A stretch of 64,000 nt of DNA from Longimicrobiales bacterium (GCA_965218295.1 CBDCKN010000009.1:288001-352000), one strand, 5' to 3'. Shown: positions 1 to 10,195, numbered from the stretch's first letter. Notes: a model not told the origin generated them from the letters alone. Made by a program: numbers and translations.

Positions 1-87
1 AGCCCCGGCGCCTACCGGGAGGGGAAGCTTCTCCGGCCCTGGACGAAACCCGATCCGGCCGAGAGCAGCTACCGGCCCAAGGTCTGA
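1..87 (+). CDS. 3' end of an upstream gene (partial, unknown product)
   Basis: Open frame SPGAYREGKLLRPWTKPDPAESSYRPKV ending in TGA at 85-87, upstream of the dehydratase start. Confidence 0.4.
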   Translation, partial: SPGAYREGKLLRPWTKPDPAESSYRPKV

Positions 88-152
88 GCGACCGGCGGCT
101 CGGGGGCGTGTCGTTCAGGGGTTAGAACCGAAAACAGGGAGATGCAGCCTCA

Positions 153-1175
153 ATGACAGACCTCATCACCTTAAGTGAAATCGAAAAGGCGCGGGCGAAA
201 CAGCCGCCCGAAATCCGGTGGACGCCGATGGTTCCGCTCTCGTGGGATTCGGGCGAGGTCGGGGCCGAGCAGGTGCATCTCAAGCTGGAGAATCTCCAAG
301 TCACGGGCGCATACAAGCCCCGCGCCGCGTTTTATATTCTCGGTTCGCTGACGCCGGAAGAACGCGCCCAGGGGATCGTGATGAGCTCGTCGGGCAACTT
401 CGCCCAGGCGTTCGCCTATGCGGGAAAACGTCTCGGCATCCCGGTGGTCGTGGTGATGATGGAGAACGCGAACCCATACAAGATTGAGGCCATTCGCGGA
501 TACGGCACGGAAATCGTCTTTTGCGAGAACGACTATCTGGCCCGCGAGCCGATGATGGAAAAGGTGGCCCGCGAGCGGGGGTTGCTGGCGATAAACACCG
601 CCGAGGACCGCCGCGTATCAGTGGGCCATTCCAGCATCGGAATGGAGATACTCGATGATATGCCCGATGTCGGGACCGTCATCGTCCCATGCAGCTCGGG
701 CGGCCTGATCTCGGGGGTGGCCAGCGCGATCAAGCTGCGCAGTCCCAGCGTCCGGGTTGTGGGGGTGAACCCCAAGGGGGGCGCGGCGATCTATCATTCC
801 CTCCAGGCAAATAAGCCGGTATCGCTCGACCGGTGGGAGAGCATGGCGGACGGCCTGTCCGCCACCCGCCCCGGCGATTTTCCCTTTGCCCATATCCAGG
901 AGCACGTGGACGATGTGGTTCTTGTGAGCGAGCAGGAGATTGCCGAGGCCTTCCGGCTGCTGGTGAAAAGGGCCAAGATTCTCGCCGAGCCCGCCGGCGC
1001 GGTTTCCGTCGCGGCGTGGATGAACGGCCGGACGGGAGGCGGGCGGACAGTCGCCGTGATCTCGGGCGGCAACGTGGCGGACGAAACGGTGTCCACCCTG
1101 CTGGCGGGCATGCTTCCCGCTTCGGGGCCCCCAGCTGCTCCTTCAACTCCTCGAAGAAGTTCTGGACCCAGATGA
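153..1175 (+). CDS. PLP-dependent threonine/serine dehydratase family protein
   Basis: LKLENLQVTGAYKPR (PLP lysine), SSSGNFAQA, PCSSGGLISG, AEPAGA and ISGGN motifs; the last ~20 aa look aberrant. Confidence 0.9.
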   Translation: MTDLITLSEIEKARAKQPPEIRWTPMVPLSWDSGEVGAEQVHLKLENLQVTGAYKPRAAFYILGSLTPEERAQGIVMSSSGNFAQAFAYAGKRLGIPVVVVMMENANPYKIEAIRGYGTEIVFCENDYLAREPMMEKVARERGLLAINTAEDRRVSVGHSSIGMEILDDMPDVGTVIVPCSSGGLISGVASAIKLRSPSVRVVGVNPKGGAAIYHSLQANKPVSLDRWESMADGLSATRPGDFPFAHIQEHVDDVVLVSEQEIAEAFRLLVKRAKILAEPAGAVSVAAWMNGRTGGGRTVAVISGGNVADETVSTLLAGMLPASGPPAAPSTPRRSSGPR

Positions 1176-1200
1176 CTCGGGCGGTGGAGCCTCCTATTGG
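1110..1200 (-). pseudogene. C-terminal remnant of a Ser/Thr kinase-PD40 type protein
   Basis: Minus strand reads STARVIWVQNFFEELKEQLG, resembling the recalled xVxNxFEELK C-terminal motif of these kinases; no upstream ORF. Confidence 0.45.
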
Positions 1201-1249
1201 GGATGAGCCATGCTAGGAGGATGGTGGAGCCTGTGGCGCTTGGGGTTGT

Positions 1250-1624
1250 TCACCAGAGTGAATTGATGATCGGGGCCGCCGGCACTCCCGTTATCCCGCA
1301 TTTCCCCATCCACTCCGCGAGAGCCGGGAAGTCCTCCCAACTTGCCTCTGCCTGCTGGGAGTGGTCGGCTACACCGGCCTCAGTCTCATAGATCTCGGTC
1401 AGGATGAAGTACGTGTTTCCAGTCGGCGCTGAGTTGGGATCCATCGGATTCGAAAGCTCTGGCGCCTTGGACACATTGTAGCTCAGAAGAGCTTTGTCCC
1501 CTTCCCGGTGATGCGTAGCCTGCATCCAAGGAGCATGACTCCGAAAGAGGCGTTCACCCTCTGCTACCAGATCCGGAGGGGCACCGATGATGAACGTAAG
1601 CTGGATCTTCCCGTGGTGGGCCAT
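1250..1624 (-). CDS. hypothetical protein, possible dimeric alpha-beta barrel (ABM-like)
   Basis: ATG with strong RBS (AGAGGAGAACCTACC-ATG); FILTEIYETEAGVADH resembles the ABM/LsrG E-x-Y...H pattern. Confidence 0.65.
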   Translation of the reverse strand: MAHHGKIQLTFIIGAPPDLVAEGERLFRSHAPWMQATHHREGDKALLSYNVSKAPELSNPMDPNSAPTGNTYFILTEIYETEAGVADHSQQAEASWEDFPALAEWMGKCGITGVPAAPIINSLW

Positions 1625-2828
1625 GGTAGGTTCTCCTCTTCTCGATTCTCGCTGATCGGGTTTTCTCACGTCGATTACGACTGATAAGAATGCGTTGGCA
1701 AGTCGATTTCGCGCCAGAGGACGACAACGCTACGGTTGGTTAGCTGATGTCCGATCAATATCCACTGACCATTGATCCCCAGCACTCACCTAGCACGCCC
1801 CAGGGTATCTCCAACATCCAGAAAAGGGGGAACGTCGTCCCTGTCAAAGGATCGGCGGCACCCTCATCCCCCCTACCTCGGCACCCGATAGACGTACCCG
1901 TCGCTGATCGAGTAGTAGATGTAGTCGCCCACCACGGTCACGCCCTGGATCGCCAGCCCCGTGATCTGGACCGGGTACGTGTCTGCTCCCGAGGCCAGAT
2001 CCCACCGCCCGATGTAGTCGGTCGTCCACCAGTAGATGGCCTCGTCGGTGACGGTGAAGTCGATCATACCCTCCGCGTTGAAGATCGACGTGGCAGGACC
2101 CCCCGGAACCGGAAACCTCCGGACCACGGGGTTCCCGTTGACCGCCGTGTCCAGCCAGAAGAGGGTGGTGCCGCCGCTTCCGTTCGGAACAGCCTTCAAC
2201 TTGTGGGGCAAGAAGACGCTGGCGCCCGAAAGAAGCGTGGACTGGGCGCCGCCGCCTGCAGGCATCGTCTTGAGGTGCGAGCCGTCCGTGGCCCCGATCC
2301 AATAGAGGTTGTTTTCGTCCCGGGCCAGTCCCCGCGTCCCGCCGAGGGTAAACATATCGACCTCTTCAGGCGTCCCCCCGGCTATGGGGATGCGGTAGAG
2401 CCGGTCCGTGTTGATGAACTCGTCGAAGTAGATGTACGGAGGCGCCGGCAGAGGTCGGTCCTGGATAATGAAGCCGCCGGTGGACAAGGATGTGATGGGC
2501 CCGCCTTGGAGGATGGGCCACCAATAGAAGCTCGCCTGGTCATGCCAGTAAGCCACGTTATCGTGAATCACCAGGCTCCGCACCTCGCCGATGGTTTGAA
2601 TGTCGAGGAACGCGTAGTTGCCCGGTGCCAGAGGAATCCGAATGAACCGGCCGTCGGTGGCATCCTCGATGGAGTAGATGTTCCCCAGCTCACCGTGCGA
2701 CAGATCCCTCCCCACCAGAGTCCGGAGGAACTCCCCGATGTGCGCGACGAGCTCGCCCTCTCTGCCAACTTACGTGAAACACGGAGCAGCTAAGGAATTA
2801 GAGTAGGGCGAAGGCAGAGAAACCGAGG

Positions 2829-3278
2829 ATGCTGAGACACCGAGAGAGAATGAAAGAGAATGGAATAGCCCCACCAACCTGGGACGGTAAGCGAAGCGCG
2901 GCAGCTCCTGCGGACTCGGAGGTGGTAGATAGGCCGCTGCGCCGGCGGTTCGCTCCGTCGTACAAGCTGCGGATCGTCGAAGAAGCGGACCGGTGCACGG
3001 AGCCCGGAGAGGTTGGCCGACTCCTACGGCGGGAGGGCTTATACTCGTCGCACCTGACGACATGGCGCAAGGCGGCGCATAGCGGGTCCCTGAAAGCGCT
3101 GTCGAAGAAACGAGGCCGTAAGCGCGAGCGCAATCCGCTGGAGGAGAAGGTGCGCAAGCTGGAGCGCGAGAACACTCGCCTCGAGAAGGAGCTCCAGAAG
3201 GCGCACTTGATCATCGACGTCCAGGGAAAAGTTGCAGGGCTGCTGGGATTGAGCCTCGAGGACGGGACGAACTCATGA
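2829..3278 (+). CDS. IS3-family transposase OrfA (HTH + coiled coil)
   Basis: RRRFAPSYKLRIV...LLRREGLYSSHLTTWRK HTH, leucine-zipper tail; ATGA overlap with orfB. Confidence 0.9.
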   Translation: MLRHRERMKENGIAPPTWDGKRSAAAPADSEVVDRPLRRRFAPSYKLRIVEEADRCTEPGEVGRLLRREGLYSSHLTTWRKAAHSGSLKALSKKRGRKRERNPLEEKVRKLERENTRLEKELQKAHLIIDVQGKVAGLLGLSLEDGTNS

Positions 3279-4282
3279 AGGCGACCCAGGAGCTAGCCAA
3301 GCACGTAGGGGTGAAGCCCGCGTGCGATGCGCTCAGGGTGCCGCGAGCCACGTTCTACCGTCGTCGGAGTGCATCGACCGGGCATCAGCAGCCCCGCCCG
3401 ACCCCCGCCCGGGCCTTAAGTGAGAGGGAGCGGGACAAGATTTTCGACACCCTGTGTTCGGAGCGGTTCGTGGACCGGTCCCCAGCCGAGGTGGTGGCGA
3501 CGCTGCTCGACGAGGACGTCTACCTGTGCAGCGAGCGTACGATGTATCGCGTTCTGGCTTCCCAGGTGCCGGTTCAGGAGCGTCGAGCGCAGCGGAGTCA
3601 TCCCAAATACCAGAAGCCCGAGTTGATGGCGAGGGGCCCGAACCAGGTCTGGTCCTGGGATATCACCCGGCTGCTGGGGCCGAAGAAGTGGAGTTACTTC
3701 TACCTCTACGTGATCCTGGACATCTTCAGCCGCTACGTCGTGGGATGGATGGTGGCGGATCGGGAGAACTCTGCCCTGGCCAGCCGGCTGATCCAGCAGA
3801 GTTGCTTGAAGCATGGCGTCCAGCCCCACCTCCTGACCCTGCATTCCGATCGAGGGGCTCCGATGACGAGCCAATGCACGGCTCAACTACTCGCCGATCT
3901 CGGCGTGACCCGCTCGTTGGGCCGACCCCAGGTCTCGGATGACAATCCGTTCTCCGAGGCTCAGTTCAAGACCTTGAAGTACCATCCCTCGTTTCCCGGC
4001 CGGTTCGGGGATCAGGGGCAAGCCAAGACCTTCTGTCGCTCGTTCTTCCGTTGGTATAATGCCGAGCACCGCCATGGCGGCATCTCGATGCTGACCCCCG
4101 AACAGGTCCACTTCGGTCACGCCGATCGGATCATCGCCTGCAGGAAGGCCGTGCTCCGTGAGGCATGGGCCGCTCATCCCGAGCGCTTCGTCTCCGGTGA
4201 GCCGAAGCCTAAACCACTCCCGGAGGCCGTCTGGATCAATCCTCCCACCCCATCCCTCACTACACAGGAGATTGCTCTCTAA
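3275..4282 (+). CDS. IS3-family transposase OrfB (rve DDE integrase core)
   Basis: PNQVWSWDIT, LHSDRG, DNPFSEAQFKTLK, YNAEHRH motifs. Confidence 0.95.
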   Translation: MKATQELAKHVGVKPACDALRVPRATFYRRRSASTGHQQPRPTPARALSERERDKIFDTLCSERFVDRSPAEVVATLLDEDVYLCSERTMYRVLASQVPVQERRAQRSHPKYQKPELMARGPNQVWSWDITRLLGPKKWSYFYLYVILDIFSRYVVGWMVADRENSALASRLIQQSCLKHGVQPHLLTLHSDRGAPMTSQCTAQLLADLGVTRSLGRPQVSDDNPFSEAQFKTLKYHPSFPGRFGDQGQAKTFCRSFFRWYNAEHRHGGISMLTPEQVHFGHADRIIACRKAVLREAWAAHPERFVSGEPKPKPLPEAVWINPPTPSLTTQEIAL

Positions 4283-4844
4283 TTGATTTCCAAGAGTGTC
4301 TCACTGGCGTTGACAGGTTCCGCGCCGGTGCCCGGCCCCGGGTCGGGAGGAGGGGGCTGCTAGGGGGGAGGGGGAGGTGGCTCCGATGGGTCCCCGTTCC
4401 CACACAAGGGCCCACTCACGCAGTCCGTCCCCGAACAACCGTACTGGACGAGCAGAGCTATGAGGCACCATCGGAGCCGCTTCGAGACGCTCGAGAGCGA
4501 AAACGCTCTGGCGGGATGGGACAACATTGTGGGTTCTCCTCTCGGGTATTCCGAACAGCGAGCAAAAAGGAGAGGCGTCGCACCCTTCACCGGGCGCAGA
4601 CGGGCAGACGCCCAGGGGTGTGATGCTTACAAGTACACAGTAAAACGTTTGCGCCGGGTTTTGAAAGGGTGTCGGCCCTTCGACCCGGAGTCCACTCAGC
4701 AGAGCCGCCCTGGTGTTTCCAGATTGTGTCGCGTTTGTGTGGATGGGTGGCGACGCCGAGCCCGCCTTCCATCCCTCGGTTGTGAAAGGGTGCCGGCGCC
4801 CTACCTTTCTGAAGCGCCCTCCCACGAGACACAGCGAGTTGATC

Positions 4845-5335
4845 GTGACCCAGTCGCTTCCCCGCAAGGCCTTCACCGTAGAGGAGGCGAACGGGCTCAT
4901 CGCCACCATAGAGGCTGTCATGGAGGAGATCGCGCGCCTCCGGGATCTGGTAGAGAGCAACGACAGACAGCTTCAGATCCTGGACGCGCTCTGGGGACCC
5001 GAGGTTCTGGCCTCCGAAAACCCCGATCACGCGGACTTCGTGCGGCACGGAGCCGCGGTGGACGGGGGTGTGGAACGGATCCAGGGCCTGGTCCGAGAGG
5101 AGATCGTGGCCCGAGGCATTCGTTTTCCCCCTGGAGGCCTCGAGCAGGGGCTGCTGGACTTCCCGACGACCTTGGACGGGCGATGGGTCTACCTCTGCTG
5201 GAGGCGAGGGGAGTCGAGGGTGGATCAGTGGCACGAGATCACCGATGGCTTCGCGGGTCGTCAACCCGTGACGCCAGACCATGAAGGGCGGATGGGCGTC
5301 GAGTGGAGCGACCCCCGGAGGCACCACCTCCCTAG
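4845..5335 (+). CDS. DUF2203 family protein (C-terminal stop probably lost by a 1-bp slip in a C-run near 5312)
   Basis: FTVEEANGLI...GLLDFPTTLDGRWVYLCWRRGE...WHEITDGFAGRQP signature. Confidence 0.8.
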
Positions 5336-5415
5336 GGAGGCTCTCGACGGGAGGGCCGTGTACCTACTAGTATTTGATAGTCGTTCTCAACGACACTCTG
5401 ACCTGCTAGAGACCC

Positions 5416-6027
5416 ATGAGCGACCATTCGAAGCCACCCGTGGAGTTCACGGATACCGCGAAGGACACCGTCCTCCGCTTCATGCAAATGCAGGGGGACG
5501 TTGACCTTGCGGTGCGCATCCAGGTCGCCAGCCCCAGCCCGCTCGATCCCCGCTACGAGATCACGATGATCGAGCCCGACGAAAAGTGTCCGGAAGACTT
5601 GGTTTTCGACGGCTTCGGGTTCGACGTGGTGATCGAGCCCGAGAGCGCGAAGCTCCTCGACGGGGCTCGCATCGACTGGATCGAGACCCTGACCGAGAGC
5701 GGGTTCAAGGTGGAGAACCCGAACCTGGCCCCCATCGGCTCGAAGCCGTTGGAGGGGCCTCTGGCCGACCGGGTTCGACAAGCCATCGACCAATTCGTGA
5801 ACCCCGGAGTGGCCCAGCACGGCGGACACGTGACGCTGGTAGAAGTCAGGGACAAGATCGTCTACCTCCAGATGGGTGGGGGTTGCCAGGGCTGCGGGAT
5901 GGCGTCAGTGACTCTGAGCCAGGGGATCGAGCGGATCCTCCGGGACCAGGTGCCGGAGATCGAGGGCATCCAGGACGTAACCAACCACGGGGCCGGCGAA
6001 AACCCTTACATCAGCTCATCCAAGTAG
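5416..6027 (+). CDS. nfuA: Fe-S cluster carrier NfuA (degenerate A-type domain + NifU-C domain)
   Basis: GFKVENPN linker, VNPGVAQHGGHV, GGGCQGCGMASVTL, DVTNH..GENPY. Confidence 0.88.
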   Translation: MSDHSKPPVEFTDTAKDTVLRFMQMQGDVDLAVRIQVASPSPLDPRYEITMIEPDEKCPEDLVFDGFGFDVVIEPESAKLLDGARIDWIETLTESGFKVENPNLAPIGSKPLEGPLADRVRQAIDQFVNPGVAQHGGHVTLVEVRDKIVYLQMGGGCQGCGMASVTLSQGIERILRDQVPEIEGIQDVTNHGAGENPYISSSK

Positions 6028-6052
6028 CCGGCGCCCCGACGGAGGGCCTGCC

Positions 6053-7292
6053 GTGTCGAGGGTCCTTCTCCTCCTTTCACGAACGTCGTATCGAGCCGAG
6101 GCTTTTCTCGCCGCGTCCCGCCGCCTGGACCTTGACGTCACGGTCGGCTCGAATCAGCGGCAGGCCCTCGCCGACCTGGCACCCGGCGGCGCCCTCACCC
6201 TCGGCGTCGGGGACGTCCACCGATCGGTGGCTACCATCGTGCGGTTCGCCTCGGACTATCCGCTGACGGCCATCGTGGCGGCGGAAGACGACTTCGCACC
6301 GGTGGCGGCGGGGGCATCCGAGACACTGGGGTTGACGCACCATCCTCCCGAGGCGGTCCGGTCCGCTCGTAACAAGGCGGTCATGCGGGAGCGACTCGCG
6401 GCGGCCGGATTCCCGTCACCCTGGTTCCAGGTCGCCTCCGTAGAAGACGATATGGAAGCGGCCGCGGCGAAGGCCAGCTACCCCTGCGTTCTCAAGCCGC
6501 TTGCGTTGTCTGCCAGCCGCGGGGTGATCCGCGCCGACACGCCCGAGGAGTTCGGCCGCGCTTGGAGCCGGATTCGCGGGATCCTCGAGCAGCCCGACGC
6601 GGCCACACGAAGCGGGCGTACGGCCGGGGAGATCCTGATCGAAGCGTACATGCCGGGGCGCGAAGTAGCCGTGGAGGCGATCGTGGTGGGGGGCGAGCTC
6701 CAGACCCTGGCCGTCCTCGATAAGCCGGACCCCATGGAGGGGCCGTTCTTCGAGGAGACCATCCTTGTGACGCCTTCGCGCCTCCCCGACAGCGTTCAGC
6801 GCGAGATCGTTTCCTGCGTGCAGCGGTCCGTAGCCATCCTCGGCCTTGTTGATGGCCCCGTTCACGCGGAGCTGCGCGTGGACGACGAGCGGGCCTCATT
6901 CCTGGAGATCGCGCCGCGCTCCATCGGTGGCCGTTGCTCCACGATCCTCCGGTTCGAGCCGGAGGCGACCCTCGAGGAGCTCATACTGCATCACGCGTTG
7001 GGGATGCCGATCCATGAGTACTCCCGAGCGCCCGGAGCCGCCGGCGTCATGATGCTGCCGATTCCGGAAGCCGGCGTTCTGCGCGAAGTGGGCGGGTCCG
7101 AGGCGGCCCTCGAGGTTCTGGGCATCGAAGGGCTCGAGATCCACGATTCCTCTGGGCCAGAAGGTCGTGCCCCTCCCCGAGGGCAATCGGTACCTGGGAT
7201 TTCTCTTCGCCGGAGGGGAGACGCCCGAGCAGGTGGAGACCGCGCTCAGGGTCGCGCATGCGAGACTTGAGGTCGCTATCGAGCCTGCATAG
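6053..7292 (+). CDS. ATP-grasp domain protein (L-amino-acid-ligase-like), frameshift near 7141
   Basis: RNKAVMRERL, YPCVLKPLALSASRGV, EAYMPGREVAVE, HAELR, LEIAPRSIGG; C-terminus ITIPLGQKVVPLPEGNRYLGFLFA continues in the shifted frame to TAG 7290-7292. Confidence 0.85.
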
Positions 7293-7383
7293 GCGTCCCA
7301 GAGCTCGTCCCACCCCGATCGGTCAGCAGGCTGCACCTTAGGTCTCGCGTTGGCGTCCGAGGCGGGGAAACGGCTAGCGCCGC

Positions 7384-9432
7384 TTAAGGCGGAGGGCTCG
7401 CTCCTCCAGCCCCGGGGTAGGGTGTGCGGTTGCGCCAGATGATCCAGAACGCCAGGGCCAGCGCTACGATGCCGCCGACGTACACGCTCCAGGTGTCGTC
7501 ACTCAGCTCGATGCCGCTCGATCCGAGGTACAGCGCTAGCGCGTTGTTGAGCACATGCCAGAGCATGGCCGGAAAGATCGAGCCCGTCATGAGGGTCACG
7601 GCGGCCAGGATCACGCCCAGCAGCGCCGTTCCCGGAATCCTGAAGATCTGGAAGTGGAAGAACCCGAAGATGAGTCCGACCACCAGGCAGGTGCGCACGG
7701 GCCCGAAGCGCCGGCTGACGCCGTGCAGGAGGACCCCACGAAAGGTCAGCTCCTCCACGATGCCGGGCAGGACGGCTAGGAAGATCAGGATCTGCCAGAA
7801 CGGGATGTGCTCGGGAAGCATCGCCTGACCGAAGCTCTCGAGCAGCTCTCGGGGTATCGGGACGACCTGGTTGACCAACTGGAAGAACAACGTCAGCACG
7901 ATCAACGCGGCCGGAGCGCCTAGCACCACACCGACCCAGACACCCGGGAGCGGCAGGCGCAGAGCAAGCGCCTCACGTGGCTCGAGCCGGAAGTGCCGTA
8001 TCATCAGCAGAGTGGCGGCCAGGAAGACGACGCCGACCTGGAAGAGCGCCAGCCAGCGTAGGTCCTCGAAGGGCGTGTTGAAGTCGAGGAGGACCTTTAC
8101 GGCCCAGAACACCAGGAACCAGCGCAGGACCCTCTTCCGGAACAATGCCGGTCCCCCCAGGAACTCCGCCTGATCCGAATCCGCTCCGGAAACGAGGTTC
8201 TCGTCGAGCAGGGCCCTCGCGGCGACCCGCCCTGCGTACGCGGCAGCGCCCGCCGTGACGAGCCACGCCACCCCGACCGCGAGCCAGTTCGCCTGACCGG
8301 TCAGGATGTCGCGGGCGGCGACGCTGATGTTGGCGAGCGGCACCACGATGATCGCCGAGGACAGCGAGATCTCCGGGAGGAAAGGCACCAACGCGGGAAT
8401 CAGGAACAACAGGATGACCGGCAGGAAGTAGAGCTGTGCCTCTTTGTAGGACTTGGCGTATGCCGACGTGACCAGCAGGACGCCTGCGCACAACGAAGCG
8501 ACCGGCAGGTAGAGCACGAGAAGCGCGAGCGCCGTGGCGGGCGTGATGCTGGCCGCGAATCCCGTGGACACGTCGATCAGCCCGAGCCCGAGATAGATCC
8601 AGAGGTTCAGGACCTGGATGACCACGATGACCAGCGCCAGCGTCATCACCGCCAGGTTCTTGGCCTGGATGATCTCTTTCCGCGTGGCCGCCGTGGTCAG
8701 GAGTGTCTCCAGCGTGCCCCGCTCCTTCTCGCCGGCCAGGGTGTCCGTTGCCACGACCGAGCCACCCGTGAGCATGAGCAGCAAGATGAAGAGCGTGAAC
8801 GCCTTGCCTAGGCGCGCACCCGAGACCTCTCGGGCCGACGCGACGTTCGACGTGTCAACCGCGGCGAGATCCGCGGGAGCGATCGGAAAGCCCGCCTGCA
8901 CGAGCACCGAGTCCCTTCGGTCGCGCCGGACCTCCCTCAAGCGGTTCCGGATCTCGCTAGAACCCCGGCTCGACGGCATACGGTTCGAGCGATAGTGGAT
9001 GCGGGCCACGGGTGTATCGTGGTAGTCCTCGAGCTCCCCCGCGCGCGTCGAGTCCTCTTCGAACTCCGCCCTCCACTCCGCGGGAGCCACACCCTCGATG
9101 AAGAAGTCGAGGTCGCGCTCTTCCAGATCCTCGTCCGGGCTCTCGGACGCGATCAGCTCGAACGTCGTGGAGTCGCCGTCCTCGTCCCCGTCGGGGGCGG
9201 GCAGGTCGGCCAGCAGGGTCCGCACGAACGCGGAGTCGCTCCCTATCACCGCGTACTTGTAGGTGCGACTCGCCTCCCGTTCCTGCCTCGACCGCTCTAC
9301 ACGGTTGGAGAGGATGAGCAGAAGCGGCATGAGGACCACGGGCAGCGCGATGGACACGAGCAGGGTTCGCGGATCCCTGAGGAGGGGTCGGATCTCGAGG
9401 CCATAGATCGTGCGAACGCTCTGGCTCCACAT
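7384..9432 (-). CDS. ABC-2 permease (NatB-like) fused to CPBP/Abi intramembrane protease domain
   Basis: AGEKERGTLETLL, AKSYKEAQ; C-terminal EELTFRG...FGFFH...HVLNN CPBP motifs. Confidence 0.88.
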   Translation of the reverse strand: MWSQSVRTIYGLEIRPLLRDPRTLLVSIALPVVLMPLLLILSNRVERSRQEREASRTYKYAVIGSDSAFVRTLLADLPAPDGDEDGDSTTFELIASESPDEDLEERDLDFFIEGVAPAEWRAEFEEDSTRAGELEDYHDTPVARIHYRSNRMPSSRGSSEIRNRLREVRRDRRDSVLVQAGFPIAPADLAAVDTSNVASAREVSGARLGKAFTLFILLLMLTGGSVVATDTLAGEKERGTLETLLTTAATRKEIIQAKNLAVMTLALVIVVIQVLNLWIYLGLGLIDVSTGFAASITPATALALLVLYLPVASLCAGVLLVTSAYAKSYKEAQLYFLPVILLFLIPALVPFLPEISLSSAIIVVPLANISVAARDILTGQANWLAVGVAWLVTAGAAAYAGRVAARALLDENLVSGADSDQAEFLGGPALFRKRVLRWFLVFWAVKVLLDFNTPFEDLRWLALFQVGVVFLAATLLMIRHFRLEPREALALRLPLPGVWVGVVLGAPAALIVLTLFFQLVNQVVPIPRELLESFGQAMLPEHIPFWQILIFLAVLPGIVEELTFRGVLLHGVSRRFGPVRTCLVVGLIFGFFHFQIFRIPGTALLGVILAAVTLMTGSIFPAMLWHVLNNALALYLGSSGIELSDDTWSVYVGGIVALALAFWIIWRNRTPYPGAGGASPPP

Positions 9433-10181
9433 CACGCCGAGCCCTTCGCGTAGCGGACGAAGATCTCCTCCAGGTAGTGGTCGCCCGTCGCCCGCCGGAG
9501 CCCCTCCAACGTGTCGCACGCCAGGATTCGGCCGCTGTGGATGATGGCAATGCGGTCGCAGAGCTGCTCCGCCTCGCTCATGACGTGGGTAGAGAAGATG
9601 ATGGCCTTCCCGTCGTCCCTGAGCTGGGCGATGATCTCCCTCAGCTCCAGCGCGTTGAGCACGTCCAGCGCGACCGTGGGCTCATCGAAGACGAGCACGG
9701 GTGGGTCGTGCGCCACCGTCCGAGCGATCGACACCTTCTGCTTCATCCCACTCGACAACTTCTCGACGCGGGAATCGGCATACTCGGAGAGGCTGAAGCG
9801 GTCGATCAGATACTCCACCCGATCGCGGACCTTGTCTTGGGGATATCGGTTCACCTTGGCGAAAAAGGTCAGCGTCTCTCGGGGGGTGATCTTCGGATAG
9901 AGGGCCGTCGACGCGGAGTAGAATCCCAGGCTCTGACGAACGTCCTGGGGGGCCGCGCTGACCTCGTGGCCCATCACCCAGGCCCGGCCTCCCGTTGGGG
10001 CGAGCACCGTGGAGAGCATGCGTAGCGTCGTGGTCTTGCCCGCCCCGTTGGCCCCCAGCAACCCCAGGATCTCGCCCCGGGCACACTCGAGATCCACCTG
10101 GTCGACCGCGTGCACCTCTCCTCGGCTGTTGTCGTAGAAGACCTTCGTGAGGCCTTCGGTCCTTACCGGAATGGGATCCAT
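9432..10181 (-). CDS. ABC transporter ATP-binding protein (NatA-like)
   Basis: GANGAGKTT Walker A, LSSGMKQKV signature, VFDEPT Walker B. Confidence 0.92.
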   Translation of the reverse strand: MDPIPVRTEGLTKVFYDNSRGEVHAVDQVDLECARGEILGLLGANGAGKTTTLRMLSTVLAPTGGRAWVMGHEVSAAPQDVRQSLGFYSASTALYPKITPRETLTFFAKVNRYPQDKVRDRVEYLIDRFSLSEYADSRVEKLSSGMKQKVSIARTVAHDPPVLVFDEPTVALDVLNALELREIIAQLRDDGKAIIFSTHVMSEAEQLCDRIAIIHSGRILACDTLEGLRRATGDHYLEEIFVRYAKGSA

Positions 10182-10195
10182 ATTTTCTTTCCGCC

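Larger units (their letters stand above)
2763..4315 (+). mobile_element. IS3-family insertion sequence (right end may extend to 4322)
   Basis: Imperfect terminal IRs TGCCAACTTACGTGAAACAC / GTGTCTCACTGGCGTTGACA (14/20 match, TG...CA ends) flanking orfA and orfB. Confidence 0.9.
1873..4527 (-). pseudogene. secreted/lipoprotein beta-propeller protein interrupted by an IS3-family element (pieces 4527-4323 and 2762-1873)
   Basis: N-terminal piece has RBS+ATG, LIALLVQYG-C lipobox-like signal and Pro-rich linker; C-terminal piece has repeated 'D..xYW' propeller blades; pieces join in frame when 2763-4322 is removed; extra in-frame TAG at 4362-4360. Confidence 0.75.

Noticed and set aside
5360..5385. 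IscR/Rrf2 site upstream of nfuA
   Set aside because: AT-rich, but the symmetry is too weak to call.
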